A DNA stretch of 64,000 nucleotides, from positions 64,001 to 128,000 of the IMG/VR virus record IMGVR_UViG_3300028804_000001; one strand, 5' to 3'. This document shows, in pieces, positions 10,445 to 19,955 of this stretch. The notes below the pieces were generated by a model. That model saw only the letters and a program-made list of their open reading frames with translations, was not told the origin of the DNA and made no database searches. This DNA is from a virus (Duplodnaviria; Caudoviricetes). Position numbers and translations under genes: made by a program. The first letter of the stretch is position 1, and the number at the start of each line of letters is the position of its first letter.

Positions 10445-10871
10445 AATTAAATTTTACTCTGGTATTTAGTTCTTCAGTAATAACCAAATCACCGATGTGT
10501 ACAAACCAATCCATAGCATTTCCACCAGTGCTGGATAAGGCTTCTATCCAGAAATTTGGTGTTCCTTTATGTTTAGCCCATTCTACCCAGGGATAAACAT
10601 CTAACTTTTCTGTAGGAAAGATAAATTGAACTTCGGTCTTATTAACTATAGAACCATCTTTCCATTTTTGTTCTGGATCTGGATCTGAAGTAAACCACAC
10701 TACGTTAGGTTCAACTATATGATATGGATTAAGGCAGGAATCTGTAGCTAGAAGGATTCCTTTTTCGTTTATGCTATTTAAATGAAATAATGAAGTGAAA
10801 TGATAAAGATACTCTGGCTTTCTATAATTAAGAGTCTGCTCAATCGTCTTCGGGATAATCAGGTTCGTCAT
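10425..10871 (-). CDS. ADP-ribosyltransferase-fold protein (putative)
   Basis: LYHFTS..HL.SI...GI and VWFT motifs typical of small H-type ART-fold phage proteins. Confidence 0.5.
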   Translation of the reverse strand: MTNLIIPKTIEQTLNYRKPEYLYHFTSLFHLNSINEKGILLATDSCLNPYHIVEPNVVWFTSDPDPEQKWKDGSIVNKTEVQFIFPTEKLDVYPWVEWAKHKGTPNFWIEALSSTGGNAMDWFVHIGDLVITEELNTRVKFNYEKDKS

Positions 10872-11124
10872 CACCATAATTCTCCATTGCATCTTCTTCT
10901 ATTTTAGTAATAGTCTTATCATCTAACTGATCTGTGATATCTTTACCAGCTTCATCAGTAATTGAATCTATTTCAATATGTGCCGGCTCATCTGGTTCAA
11001 TAGGAGGTCCCCATCTTCCATCACGAGCTCCTCTATAATAAGGATAGAAAGTATAATCTACGGTTACTTCCTGTTCTGCTTCTCCAACTTCTACAGTTGT
11101 TTTAAAGCTTCCAGTCTTTGCCAT
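10840..11124 (-). CDS. acidic hypothetical phage protein
   Basis: 94 aa, GAGG SD, PPIEPDEP. Confidence 0.65.
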   Translation of the reverse strand: MAKTGSFKTTVEVGEAEQEVTVDYTFYPYYRGARDGRWGPPIEPDEPAHIEIDSITDEAGKDITDQLDDKTITKIEEDAMENYGDDEPDYPEDD

Positions 11125-11155
11125 ATTATACCTCTAATTAATAATTATAGTAATG

Positions 11156-11237
11156 TGTTCCGGGCGAGACTTGAACTCGCACAGCTTGCGCCGAGGGATT
11201 TTAAGTCCCTTGTGTCTACCGATTCCACCACCGGAAC
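11156..11237 (-). tRNA. tRNA-Leu(TAA)
   Basis: Cloverleaf GTTCCGG/CCGGAAC, anticodon arm AGGGA-CTTAAAA-TCCCT, long variable arm. Confidence 0.93.
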
Positions 11238-11243
11238 TTAATG

Positions 11244-11317
11244 TGTCTCGAGAAGGATTCGAACCTTCGACCCTTTGCTTAGAAGGCAAATGCTCTATCC
11301 AACTGAGCTATCGAGAC
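11244..11317 (-). tRNA. tRNA-Arg(TCT)
   Basis: Canonical cloverleaf, TTTGC-CTTCTAA-GCAAA. Confidence 0.95.
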
Positions 11318-11325
11318 AATGACTA

Positions 11326-11706
11326 CTATTCTAAAATGATATTAACTTTCTCAGATACCTGAGAAATAATATCTCTTCTTAACTTCTTAAGAGTCTTTTC
11401 ATCATATGAGATATATTGTGATGTTCTATTAAAGCTACTGAGTAAACTTTCAATAGCTCTATCTAATGATAATCCACGGCCTTTTGGCCGGTAGTTCATA
11501 TCATCTGGACTACATTCTGAAGTCCCAAGCCAGATTAAATCTTGTTCATTCATATTCTGAATGGAACATACAATAGTTGAGATGGTAAGCTCTTTGATAA
11601 GAGTATGCTTTCTACCGTGTCTTTTAAGAATAACGGTTTTAATTTCTTCGATCTTTGTATCATATCTCCACCATACTCTATACTGTTTATTTTCAATTGT
11701 GAACAT
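11326..11706 (-). CDS. hypothetical phage protein
   Basis: G.SECSPDD.Y....GR.LSL.RA motif seen in small phage proteins. Confidence 0.65.
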   Translation of the reverse strand: MFTIENKQYRVWWRYDTKIEEIKTVILKRHGRKHTLIKELTISTIVCSIQNMNEQDLIWLGTSECSPDDMNYRPKGRGLSLDRAIESLLSSFNRTSQYISYDEKTLKKLRRDIISQVSEKVNIILE

Positions 11707-11738
11707 GTTGAACTCCGGTTATTATTTATGTATTATGA

Positions 11739-11890
11739 AGATCCCCAGCTCAGGAGCAAGGTGGCCGCGTTACCACTTATACAATACTCCCGAACCAGTT
11801 GCAACTTAACGGCTGCCAATCGTAAGGTTTCCTGGATAATCAGCTAAAGGACTCACAAATCCAATAGCCCTGATACCTTCAAACGGATCT
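11739..11890 (-). ncRNA. unidentified structured RNA in tRNA cluster
   Basis: Terminal pairing AGATCC/GGATCT; 12-bp G-U-rich stem GGTTCGGGAGTA/TGCTCCTGAGCT enclosing a GTGG/CCAC hairpin; no good ORF. Confidence 0.45.
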
Positions 11891-11951
11891 TAACTAACTT
11901 AGCTTGTCGCCAGTTAAGAGGATATCTACGTTACTATACGTAGATAACATG

Positions 11952-12029
11952 TGCCTCAGTAAGGAGTTGAACCTTACAGTGAGTGGCTTGCAATTCCACT
12001 CTGCCACTTTACCCTTTCAGTCATGAGGC
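11952..12029 (-). tRNA. atypical tRNA-like RNA (GCA, Cys-like anticodon)
   Basis: Acceptor GCCTCA/TGAGGC, T-arm GTAAGG-TTCAACT-CCTTAC, anticodon arm GAGTGG-AATTGCAAG-CCACTC with 9-nt loop; non-canonical D arm. Confidence 0.55.
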
Positions 12030-12045
12030 CAATGAAAACATTTTG

Positions 12046-12514
12046 CTCCCCCGCCTGGGCTCGAACCAGGGACCTAGTGAGAGATTATTTTCTTCTTAAA
12101 GTTAAACTTACCGATACATACTCTAGAACAGAAATTGTAAGGCCTTTTGAGTTTAAATGGTCTAACTCTAAATTCCTTTTTACAATATGCGCATTTTGCA
12201 TTTGCAGTAGAAATCTCTTTGTGTTCCTTATTATGCAAATCTATTTGCTTTAACTCTAAGTTATCAATTCTATTATCGGTTTTGTCATGGTTCTTATGAT
12301 GTATAACTTCCAAATTCTTTTTCGGAAGTTTTCTACCATTTTGCCACCATACTAGATGGTGTTGATAGCAATAACGCTCTCTATATTTCTTACCAGGATA
12401 ATCAGTTGGAGCTACTACTAGTATATAAGGCCCATTCTTCATGAATCTTATATTAACAGAGTTGCACTAGCAAGTCAACAACAATATATGCTCTACCGAC
12501 TGAGCTACAGGGGA
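12046..12514 (-). pseudogene. tRNA-Asn-like gene split by promoter plus HNH insertion
   Basis: 5' half TCCCCTGTAGCTCAGTCGGTAGAGCA (12489-12514) and 3' half TCACTAGGTCCCTGGTTCGAGCCCAGGCGGGGGAG (12046-12080) flank the insert. Confidence 0.8.
12074..12442 (-). CDS. HNH homing endonuclease with C-terminal Zn ribbon
   Basis: HHLVW...IHHKNHDKTDNRIDNLEL...H...H, CxxC...FCSRVC; promoter TTGACT-N17-TAATAT 7 nt before ATG (leaderless). Confidence 0.9.
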   Translation of the reverse strand: MKNGPYILVVAPTDYPGKKYRERYCYQHHLVWWQNGRKLPKKNLEVIHHKNHDKTDNRIDNLELKQIDLHNKEHKEISTANAKCAYCKKEFRVRPFKLKRPYNFCSRVCIGKFNFKKKIISH

Positions 12515-12528
12515 TTATAGAGTTGATA

Positions 12529-12948
12529 TTATACTGCTACAGGTTTACTGTCTAGTTTAATAATATCGTAGATTCTATCAAAAGCTTTACTCCATACATT
12601 GGGCATATTTTTAAACCGGGTAATAACTTCCCGTTCTATTTCAAATGACCAATGATCTCCTTTAGCTTTATAGTTATCTGGGTCTTTTTTACTTCTTTTA
12701 ATTATTCTACATTTGGTATTTGTTAATACCCAATAGCCAGCGTGCCGCTTTTTATTGTAGAATTCATATCTAACTAGAGATTTAGGATATTCTTTCTCGA
12801 TAAATTTCTTAATATCGGAAAACCATCCTTTGATTAGAATCTTTCCTTCTGGATAATACACGAAAGCTAATGCATATGGAGATGTTAATCTACCGTATTC
12901 ATCATACTCTTTCTTGTAATTAAGATTCTTAATTATCATCTGTTTCAT
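12529..12948 (-). CDS. hypothetical protein
   Basis: 139 aa, GAGG SD. Confidence 0.65.
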   Translation of the reverse strand: MKQMIIKNLNYKKEYDEYGRLTSPYALAFVYYPEGKILIKGWFSDIKKFIEKEYPKSLVRYEFYNKKRHAGYWVLTNTKCRIIKRSKKDPDNYKAKGDHWSFEIEREVITRFKNMPNVWSKAFDRIYDIIKLDSKPVAV

Positions 12949-13037
12949 TTTTTACCTCTTGGGTTATGGCATTAAACATTTAAAGTTGCCACGATTTTTT
13001 ACGGCTCATTAAACTTTTATAGGTGAACCGATTTGCG

Positions 13038-13394
13038 CTATTTCGTGCTCTTCCATTTGTTAATTGCTTCTGCTGCCTTTACATAATCTATCTCCTTTGA
13101 TGTCTTCAAATCTAGTTTTCTTAGTAAATCAAAGAACTTACGACACTTCTTTGATAAGTGAGAATTACAAAAGTAATAATAGTCACCTATCATAATAGAA
13201 TATACCAAATCATAATTTCTGATTTGTAATCCATCTTTCCTCGTTATTACAAAGCGAAGTACAGATTCCATTGTAGTAACAACGAAATAACCATTTTCAT
13301 CTTTTACCCAGTTATCAGGAGTAAAAGATTTAATTAGCTCTTTGTTAAACTCCTCTACCTGAAGAGTAGCCTGTTCTATTAATTTATTATCCAT
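13038..13394 (-). CDS. hypothetical protein
   Basis: Start moved to MDNKL because the track start overlaps the tRNA. Confidence 0.6.
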   Translation of the reverse strand: MDNKLIEQATLQVEEFNKELIKSFTPDNWVKDENGYFVVTTMESVLRFVITRKDGLQIRNYDLVYSIMIGDYYYFCNSHLSKKCRKFFDLLRKLDLKTSKEIDYVKAAEAINKWKSTK

Positions 13395-13466
13395 AACAAT
13401 AATATGATGGATGTCCCCCCTCATCTTTTGGGAGAATCGGGGGGGACCCATGCTGCTTGGTAGCTT

Positions 13467-13540
13467 TGGGCCCACCTGGACTTGAACCAGGGACCAAGAG
13501 ATTATGAGTCTCCTGCTCTAACCAACTGAGCTATAGGCCC
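13467..13540 (-). tRNA. tRNA-Ile2(CAT), lysidine type
   Basis: GGGCCTATAGCTCAGTTGGTTAGAGCAGGAGACTCATAATCTCTTGGTCCCTGGTTCAAGTCCAGGTGGGCCCA; body resembles bacterial ileX. Confidence 0.9.
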
Positions 13541-13587
13541 TTTCAATCACTGAAAAAGGTAAGTCTTAACCCATCAATCTAATTTTT

Positions 13588-13944
13588 CTATGTAAAAGTG
13601 ATATGACCTAATCTTTCTAGTTCTTCTACAGCGTCTTTTGCGTCCTTAAGACCGACTCCTATAACAGCTCTAAAACTTTTGATTTGGTCTATCTTACCAC
13701 CTGAAAAAGAAACTTTCTCAAAGTCTTCTTTTGAATATTGTGCAAGTATAGGATTATCTGCAAAAGGGTACTCGGCTCCTGAAGGATTTTGATTGAGTAT
13801 CATTTTAGCTAAAGCGACCGCTTCTTTATTATCTGGGTGTAATAATAGAACAAGTTCGGCAGCTCCATTAAGCCGGGTTAATTTATGCTCCAGATCATCC
13901 ATTGACTCTTTAACAACTGTTTTCAATTTATCCTTGAGACTCAT
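13588..13944 (-). CDS. protein with ribosomal bL12 (L7/L12) C-terminal-like domain
   Basis: KIDQIKSFRAVIGVGLKDAKDAVE matches L7/L12 KI.VIK.VR..TGLGLKEAK.LVE. Confidence 0.75.
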   Translation of the reverse strand: MSLKDKLKTVVKESMDDLEHKLTRLNGAAELVLLLHPDNKEAVALAKMILNQNPSGAEYPFADNPILAQYSKEDFEKVSFSGGKIDQIKSFRAVIGVGLKDAKDAVEELERLGHITFT

Positions 13945-14134
13945 TGAATTCCTCTTTTACTTTATTGCGGTTATGAATTGTATCAAAACAAGTTTTGCAA
14001 ACTGGTCCTCGCATTTCATCCTTAGGAAACTTCTTGTTGCATTTTACACATGAGCCTCTTGGAATATACACAGTTTTCTTCTTCTTTCTAAAGATTCGAC
14101 TAATATGTTCTTTGTTATAGCCTTTACTAGTCAT
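13928..14134 (-). CDS. small Zn-ribbon protein
   Basis: CxxC...CxxC. Confidence 0.55.
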   Translation of the reverse strand: MTSKGYNKEHISRIFRKKKKTVYIPRGSCVKCNKKFPKDEMRGPVCKTCFDTIHNRNKVKEEFNESQG

Positions 14135-14510
14135 CTTGTTCCTCTACAACATTACTGGGAAACTTTAAAATGCTAAATGGTTTTATCTGATCAAAATCCA
14201 TTTGTAGTCTTAAGGATGCATATATCAAATGCTGCTGGTCCCATTTATAAGGATCCCATTGTGCAATTCCAGTAAGTAAATCTATTAGAAATGTTAATCT
14301 TTTATTTCCAATAGTGTCGTATATAGCTTTAAAGAAGCTGTTATTAATTACTGTATTTATGTCCTGTATATCAGTTATATCTATAGATAGACCAATAACT
14401 GGATTTAAGAATTGGGTGTCTTGAACTAGTACTGAGAAGGGAACAAGTTTAATTACGCTTGATACACCGCTTTCTGGAAGGATTTCAAGAAGCTTTTCTT
14501 TTAAACTCAT
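14127..14510 (-). CDS. hypothetical protein (MSLKEKL N-terminus)
   Basis: 127 aa, GGAG SD. Confidence 0.65.
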   Translation of the reverse strand: MSLKEKLLEILPESGVSSVIKLVPFSVLVQDTQFLNPVIGLSIDITDIQDINTVINNSFFKAIYDTIGNKRLTFLIDLLTGIAQWDPYKWDQQHLIYASLRLQMDFDQIKPFSILKFPSNVVEEQDD

Positions 14511-14769
14511 TGGATCTTATATCTCCTATTGCAGGAAGTGCGGGTTCAGTATGATAACGATAAGCTCTAATAAGTTTATTTAGAACTCTATTTGATTGTT
14601 CTATATATTTCCTGTCATTGGGAGAATACTCAGATATGTCATATACTAGATTCTGAGTCCAATGCTCTTTTATATTTTTAATCTGCTTCTGTAAATAGAG
14701 AACATAGAGCCTTCTTCTTCTAGATCTTCTGATCCCTTCGTCAAGATATGATTTATTAGTTCTTGGCAT
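14485..14769 (-). CDS. hypothetical protein
   Basis: 94 aa; overlaps neighbours. Confidence 0.45.
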   Translation of the reverse strand: MPRTNKSYLDEGIRRSRRRRLYVLYLQKQIKNIKEHWTQNLVYDISEYSPNDRKYIEQSNRVLNKLIRAYRYHTEPALPAIGDIRSNEFKRKAS

Positions 14770-14915
14770 TCTTGTGCACTCTCATTTGATATTGTTACCG
14801 GAACTACTTCTAATAAGCCACTATTAGTTTTTAAAGTAACTGTTCCTTTTATTACAGGTATCTTGCTTAACTGACTGTTAAGCTTACCATCTTGCAGTCT
14901 GTTTTTAATACTCAT
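14670..14915 (-). CDS. hypothetical protein (MSIKNRL N-terminus)
   Basis: 81 aa. Confidence 0.55.
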   Translation of the reverse strand: MSIKNRLQDGKLNSQLSKIPVIKGTVTLKTNSGLLEVVPVTISNESAQECQELINHILTKGSEDLEEEGSMFSIYRSRLKI

Positions 14916-15046
14916 AACAGTCTTCTAACTCTATCTACTTTTTCTAGTAATACCAGAAATAGAATAACAAACACAATTGTTAATAGATAGAATAGAAATA
15001 GAATAAAGATTCCGATTGTTATTATGGTATCCTGAAATATCTGCAT

Positions 15047-16356
15047 TTAATCTTCTGTAATATCTCGAACGTTAATTCCTCGAGGGAATCCCTTTTTAAT
15101 TGTAGCTAACTTCACTCTTCCTCTTTTCCGGAAAGTAATGTCTCTTCTGGATTCCATAAGAGCCATACCGGATCCAGTTTCAGAGAAGCCTTTAGCTTTC
15201 ATATTAGATCTGATAAGTTGATCTATAATAGGGTGATGTCCTGTGTATGAACATTCAATTTCCATTTTGCTGCTCCTTTTTTATATTCCTTTTAATCTCT
15301 TCAATTCGTGTTTCCGCTTGAAGCATTATAGATAAGCGGGTCTGGACCTGTGCAATCTTTGGATCTTCTGAGTAACCAGGCTTTCCATCTGAAAGCTTAT
15401 TAAGAATAAGATACATATCTTCAGTTGTGAGTAGATTCGGTGCCATCTTCTTCCTCTCTTACTGGAGATATATAAGTATCACAGTCCTTACAGATTACTG
15501 CCATGCGAGCATGTGCTGCATCTGTACCCCACAGTGCTACATGAGTATCTTGATGTTTACACTCAGATCTTAAGAAATCAAGTTGACCCTGACATTCTTC
15601 AATCTTACGATATACTGCGTTAACTCTCTGACGGATGCTCATTTTTCTCTCCGGAATATGGGACTTCTCTTAATGTTAGTTTATTATCTAATAACCATTT
15701 ATCCAGTTCTGGATCGCTTACCCAGGTATTATCGAATTCTGGATCGTGCACATCAATTACTTTTTGAGTAGATATTTCTACTCGTTCAAATCTAATACCT
15801 AGAATAGCAGCTAGTGTAATTGGTATTGGACCACTAAATACACCTGCGTTATTTATTGTTACATACCAGTCTCTGCTACAGTGATAACACCATATATGAG
15901 ATTCATATTCCGACCATGTTATTTTATGATTATGTTCTAATGGGCATGCCATTCCATAACTAGATGGTTTCATTATCCAATGATGGGTTCTTAAAACTTT
16001 AGGAGCCTCTAATAATAACTTAAGATTGTCAGGAATCTTAAATTCTAGTGGAAGCTGATTATCCATTAGCGTTTGTCCATATGTTTAACACATACAGTTC
16101 CATCAGGAATGTATGGATAATAATGACTCAGTGTTGCTGCATATGTGTTGCATTTCCAGCAGCGGATAATAGTAGATTTATCTTTTACTTTAGATTTCTT
16201 TACCCGCTTCCAGGAATCTGTTCCTACTCTAACGAAACAGGTATCCTCATCAGTTCCATAATCAGCGGCTAAATGAATCCCACCGCCAATAAATCCAGAG
16301 TTTCCTTTTAAAGTTCCGCGGAACTTCTTTTCTTTCTTAACTCTTTTAATTGGCAT
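15047..16356 (-). other. run of five small overlapping hypothetical ORFs (15047-15265, 15255-15446, 15421-15642, 15620-16066, 16066-16356)
   Basis: Translationally coupled, SD-bearing, several with CxxC motifs. Confidence 0.6.
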
Positions 16357-16541
16357 GTGGGATCTCCTAGAAATAAACCGTTTTCTCTACTTCAATCATA
16401 GAGACTTTATTCCCCTTAGGGAAGTATCATGTTGGTTAATGATACGGTATAGCTATTAAGCACGGTTAACACTTAATTTGCCAGCTGGCTAGCCATGAAC
16501 TGAAAAATAAGAGAGAATATTATTCTCTCTTATTATCAGAT

Positions 16542-17189
16542 TTATTCACAAAGCTGCACTGAACCGGAATTTGATACTGTTTGTGCACTGCTGCCGGCAG
16601 GAGTATATGCTGTAAGCACATTACTTCCATTTGCAGTAGAGAACAACCAGGTTCCAGCATCAGTAACTGTTACCGATAAAGGTTTTCCAGTAATAGTGGT
16701 ATCATATGAGCCATAGGCTACAGATGCTCCATTACTAACAGTTTGAAAGTTACTATTAGAATCATAGTTACTAAACGTAACTCCATCAGATCTACTAGTA
16801 GCTCTATTTTGTGAATCATATGTTGTTGTAAGGTTCTGGGCTCCGATGACCATTTTGGACCATCCGAATGGAATATATGTTGCGGTGATATTCAACCACG
16901 CACCCCATATAGATCTCTTAAGAATAGCCACGCTTGGATATGTAATCGTTCTTGTAGTTCCTGCATTAGGAACACAAGTTAGAGTCATTCCAGAAGCGGA
17001 ACATGTCCATGTAGTCCCATTAGCTACCCAAACTGCAGGATGTGTAACACAATTGCGTTGGGAAGCCTGAACTCCAGCTCCAGCCAGTGCAAGAATAGCC
17101 GCGGTAGATGTATCATCTCCGCTTTCTTTCTTACCACAGCTGAAGACTGAAATTGCTATCAGTGCCAAGATCATAAACTTTTTATTCAT
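16542..17189 (-). CDS. lipoprotein, spirochaete (Leptospira-like) style
   Basis: MNKKFMILALIAISVFSC lipobox, followed by KKESGDDTSTAAILALAG linker; Ser/Thr-rich beta body. Confidence 0.7.
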   Translation of the reverse strand: MNKKFMILALIAISVFSCGKKESGDDTSTAAILALAGAGVQASQRNCVTHPAVWVANGTTWTCSASGMTLTCVPNAGTTRTITYPSVAILKRSIWGAWLNITATYIPFGWSKMVIGAQNLTTTYDSQNRATSRSDGVTFSNYDSNSNFQTVSNGASVAYGSYDTTITGKPLSVTVTDAGTWLFSTANGSNVLTAYTPAGSSAQTVSNSGSVQLCE

Positions 17190-17228
17190 ATTGAGAGACC
17201 TCCCTCTCGAAGACTGAAAAAAGGACCG

Positions 17229-17606
17229 TTACACTAATACTGGTTCGCCTCGCTCAAACATATCTGTGAGGCATACAATTCTATGAACTGGATGTTCTTT
17301 ATTCTCTTCTCTACGTTCCATTTTGATTCCATCCTCATGGATCCATTCGGTCTTAACGTAGTCCTTACTTTGTGTATCATTTGAGGTAGCCTGTACAATA
17401 TATGTATATTGTTGATTTTCCATCTCAGTGATAACAAATGTTAAACTGTCAGTAGGACAGTGAGCAATAGCGCATCTTTCATAGTGCCTGTGTAAATCTG
17501 GATATTTTAAATGCCGGCCTGTTTTAATATCAAAATCAGTTAATAATCTAACTATCTCCTGCATCTTTCCATTATCAGATTTAAGCAGCTTTACAGTTTT
17601 ACTCAT
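17229..17606 (-). CDS. hypothetical protein
   Basis: 125 aa, GAGGAG SD. Confidence 0.65.
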   Translation of the reverse strand: MSKTVKLLKSDNGKMQEIVRLLTDFDIKTGRHLKYPDLHRHYERCAIAHCPTDSLTFVITEMENQQYTYIVQATSNDTQSKDYVKTEWIHEDGIKMERREENKEHPVHRIVCLTDMFERGEPVLV

Positions 17607-17890
17607 TCTTTAAACTCCTCGCGGATAACAGTTCCCATTTGTATGTGTTTTATGTAATTAACTGTAGATAAGCCTGAATCAAACATAACTACCATTGATT
17701 CATCTTTAGCATTATCTACGTAATCTATGGTAAATATGGACCCGGCTCTAAATGATTGCCGGCCATTACCGCATGATTGCACTACATGTTCATATGAATC
17801 ATCAATATGTACACATTGATCATTCCATTTACGGCAATTAATTATAAATATAATATTTATAATTAAAAGTATTGTTAATAATGACTTCAT
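17603..17890 (-). CDS. putative lipoprotein
   Basis: Hydrophobic N-terminus ending in IINC. Confidence 0.55.
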   Translation of the reverse strand: MKSLLTILLIINIIFIINCRKWNDQCVHIDDSYEHVVQSCGNGRQSFRAGSIFTIDYVDNAKDESMVVMFDSGLSTVNYIKHIQMGTVIREEFKE

Positions 17891-18328
17891 AGGGTACCCC
17901 TCATAAAATGCTTCAAAAGCATGGTTTCTAGTAAGTTTACGAAGACTGAGAACAGGTTTTGTTATTAATAATTAAAGTTTTTATTTTAATTAATTAATTA
18001 TAAATTAAAGAATGTTAACAACGACTATAAGCCAGTATAAGTCAGTATAAAGCCAGTATAAAGGCAGTATAAGATGACTAGTATTATTAACATTGTTTTA
18101 TAATGTTTTATAAAACTTTATAGGATTTAATAGAACATGTGTATGTCCATAAAACCCTTTAAAACCATGGTTTCTCGAGGTTTTATGATATGGAATCTTA
18201 TTATTAACAATAACCCCTATAAACATTTATAAACATTTATAAAACATAAAACGGTTATTGTATATTGATTGTATACCAATAGTTAAACAATAGTCATCTT
18301 ATACAACCTTGTAAATGTTAATAATAGA
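17891..18328. repeat. AT-rich non-coding region with phased iterons (origin-like)
   Basis: CAGTATAA at 18033, 18043, 18054, 18065; 14-bp inverted repeat 18067-18080/18291-18304. Confidence 0.6.
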
Positions 18329-18625
18329 TTAGTAAAATACTAAGTTGCCTTTACGGACTACTAATATTCTTTCATAGCCATCTCTGCCACGGATTTCTAC
18401 TCTAGCTCCTTCTTGAATAGGTATTAAGAAGCTGATTTTATCATTTTTAATAGTATAATCTCTATCCTCAAACAATAACATTCCTTGAAGATATACCATA
18501 AAGGGACTGTTATTAGGTTTCTCTGTAACAACAGTAGTTGCTAAATCAGCTCCGATAGTTTCATATAAAGAATTAATCCGCTGGTTCTTATTCTTTATCT
18601 TTTGAAGCCGGTTTTTGATACTCAT
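18329..18625 (-). CDS. small beta-domain protein (MSIKNRL N-terminus)
   Basis: VYLQG.L...DYTI....I.F..P...G..VEI pattern seen in phage structural modules. Confidence 0.6.
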   Translation of the reverse strand: MSIKNRLQKIKNKNQRINSLYETIGADLATTVVTEKPNNSPFMVYLQGMLLFEDRDYTIKNDKISFLIPIQEGARVEIRGRDGYERILVVRKGNLVFY

Positions 18626-18926
18626 TGTTAATAATTTAAATCTTAATTATAAAACCAATAAGCCGGCCCAAATGAATAATATTAGCAACTGTTATTGCTA
18701 CAAGAATAGACTTAATACTAAAATTAAGAGCGTCTGACTTGCTCCATTTAACAGCTATAAGACCGAGAGCAATAATATTAGCTATTGTAAGATATGTGTC
18801 CATTGTTAACTCCTTAGTTTATCTTGTAATTCCCGAAATATGATAACGATTTTGTATATCTCGATGTGCAGCTAAAGCAGCAGCTTCGCTATCATATCTT
18901 CCAGTTATATTTACATTTCCATCTGA

Positions 18927-19241
18927 TTAATTAATAATAGCATTTTCCCATAATAGTGGTTTCTTCTTATTATTAAATGAATGTGGTATTCCAAGGAATA
19001 TTGTAGATATTGTTATAGGATAGATCCACCATTGATAAGTTAGATTTGTAACTAATACCTGTCTATTAAGTGGATCTTCAAACCATTTACTCCATACTAA
19101 TACATCATTTGTCTTTGTAATTATTCCAGTGAATCTATCTCTTATAAATAGATCCATCTTCATCATTTGTATTGTATTATTTAGATCTATAACTATTTGC
19201 TCAGAATGAGATAGAGCTATAAGCTTTTCTTTAAGGCTCAT
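18927..19241 (-). CDS. hypothetical protein (MSLKEKL N-terminus)
   Basis: 104 aa. Confidence 0.6.
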   Translation of the reverse strand: MSLKEKLIALSHSEQIVIDLNNTIQMMKMDLFIRDRFTGIITKTNDVLVWSKWFEDPLNRQVLVTNLTYQWWIYPITISTIFLGIPHSFNNKKKPLLWENAIIN

Positions 19242-19615
19242 GATCTATCTATTCCATCAAGGAATTGACTATAACTAATTATAGGAATTCCATATCTAAT
19301 CGCTGCCCTTCTCTTTACTGTCATTCTATTAGGATTATCGGTAATTAGATAATTGGTCCTATAATGAACTCTATTTTCAACGGTATAGCCAGCTCTATTA
19401 GCATATGCTATCATTATATGTCTTGGCTGGGGACCGGCGCCTGTAAAAACAACTGGTCCACCTGTTCTTAATAATGCTGTAGATCTTCCGGTTGATAATC
19501 TTACAGATCCAGTCTTACCATGAATATTAGTATTCTTCTTTTTTCTTACTTTAGAAGCTTCTCTCTTCTTTTTAATCTTTTGAATATTCTGAGAGAATCT
19601 ATCTTTAATAGACAT
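19238..19615 (-). CDS. BRCT-domain protein (MSIKDRF N-terminus)
   Basis: VVFTG...G..V...V...TNYLIT...K...A...GIPIISY..F, a ligase-type BRCT pattern; start moved to the SD-bearing ATG. Confidence 0.75.
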   Translation of the reverse strand: MSIKDRFSQNIQKIKKKREASKVRKKKNTNIHGKTGSVRLSTGRSTALLRTGGPVVFTGAGPQPRHIMIAYANRAGYTVENRVHYRTNYLITDNPNRMTVKRRAAIRYGIPIISYSQFLDGIDRS

Positions 19616-19616
19616 A

Positions 19617-19943
19617 TTATTCTCTCCTTCTATGGAATAATGGCGAATTATCGTATAATTTCTTGAGGGAATCTGAATCCCAGTTAACAGATATTCTATA
19701 TCCTGCTGTTTTATGAATATGAACATCTCTACAGTTAAATAACTGTAGTTCTACTATCATTCTAAAATCATCCTGGGATATATAGGAATAAGGACTCCAA
19801 TGTATTATAAATCTTTCCTTATCAGATTTACGTACCGCGGTATAGAAGATCTTTCTATTATCTTCCTCTTCCTCGATTTCTTGCTCTAAATAAAATTCCT
19901 CGGTGTTCTGAACATAATCGCGTATCGTTCTATCACCATTCAT
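19617..19943 (-). CDS. hypothetical protein
   Basis: 108 aa. Confidence 0.6.
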   Translation of the reverse strand: MNGDRTIRDYVQNTEEFYLEQEIEEEEDNRKIFYTAVRKSDKERFIIHWSPYSYISQDDFRMIVELQLFNCRDVHIHKTAGYRISVNWDSDSLKKLYDNSPLFHRRRE

Positions 19944-19955
19944 AACTATAGCTTT

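Noticed and set aside
12081-12488. Group I or II intron in the tRNA
   Set aside because: Only about 45 non-coding nt are present, they read as a promoter, and I could not rebuild an intact anticodon arm with one splice
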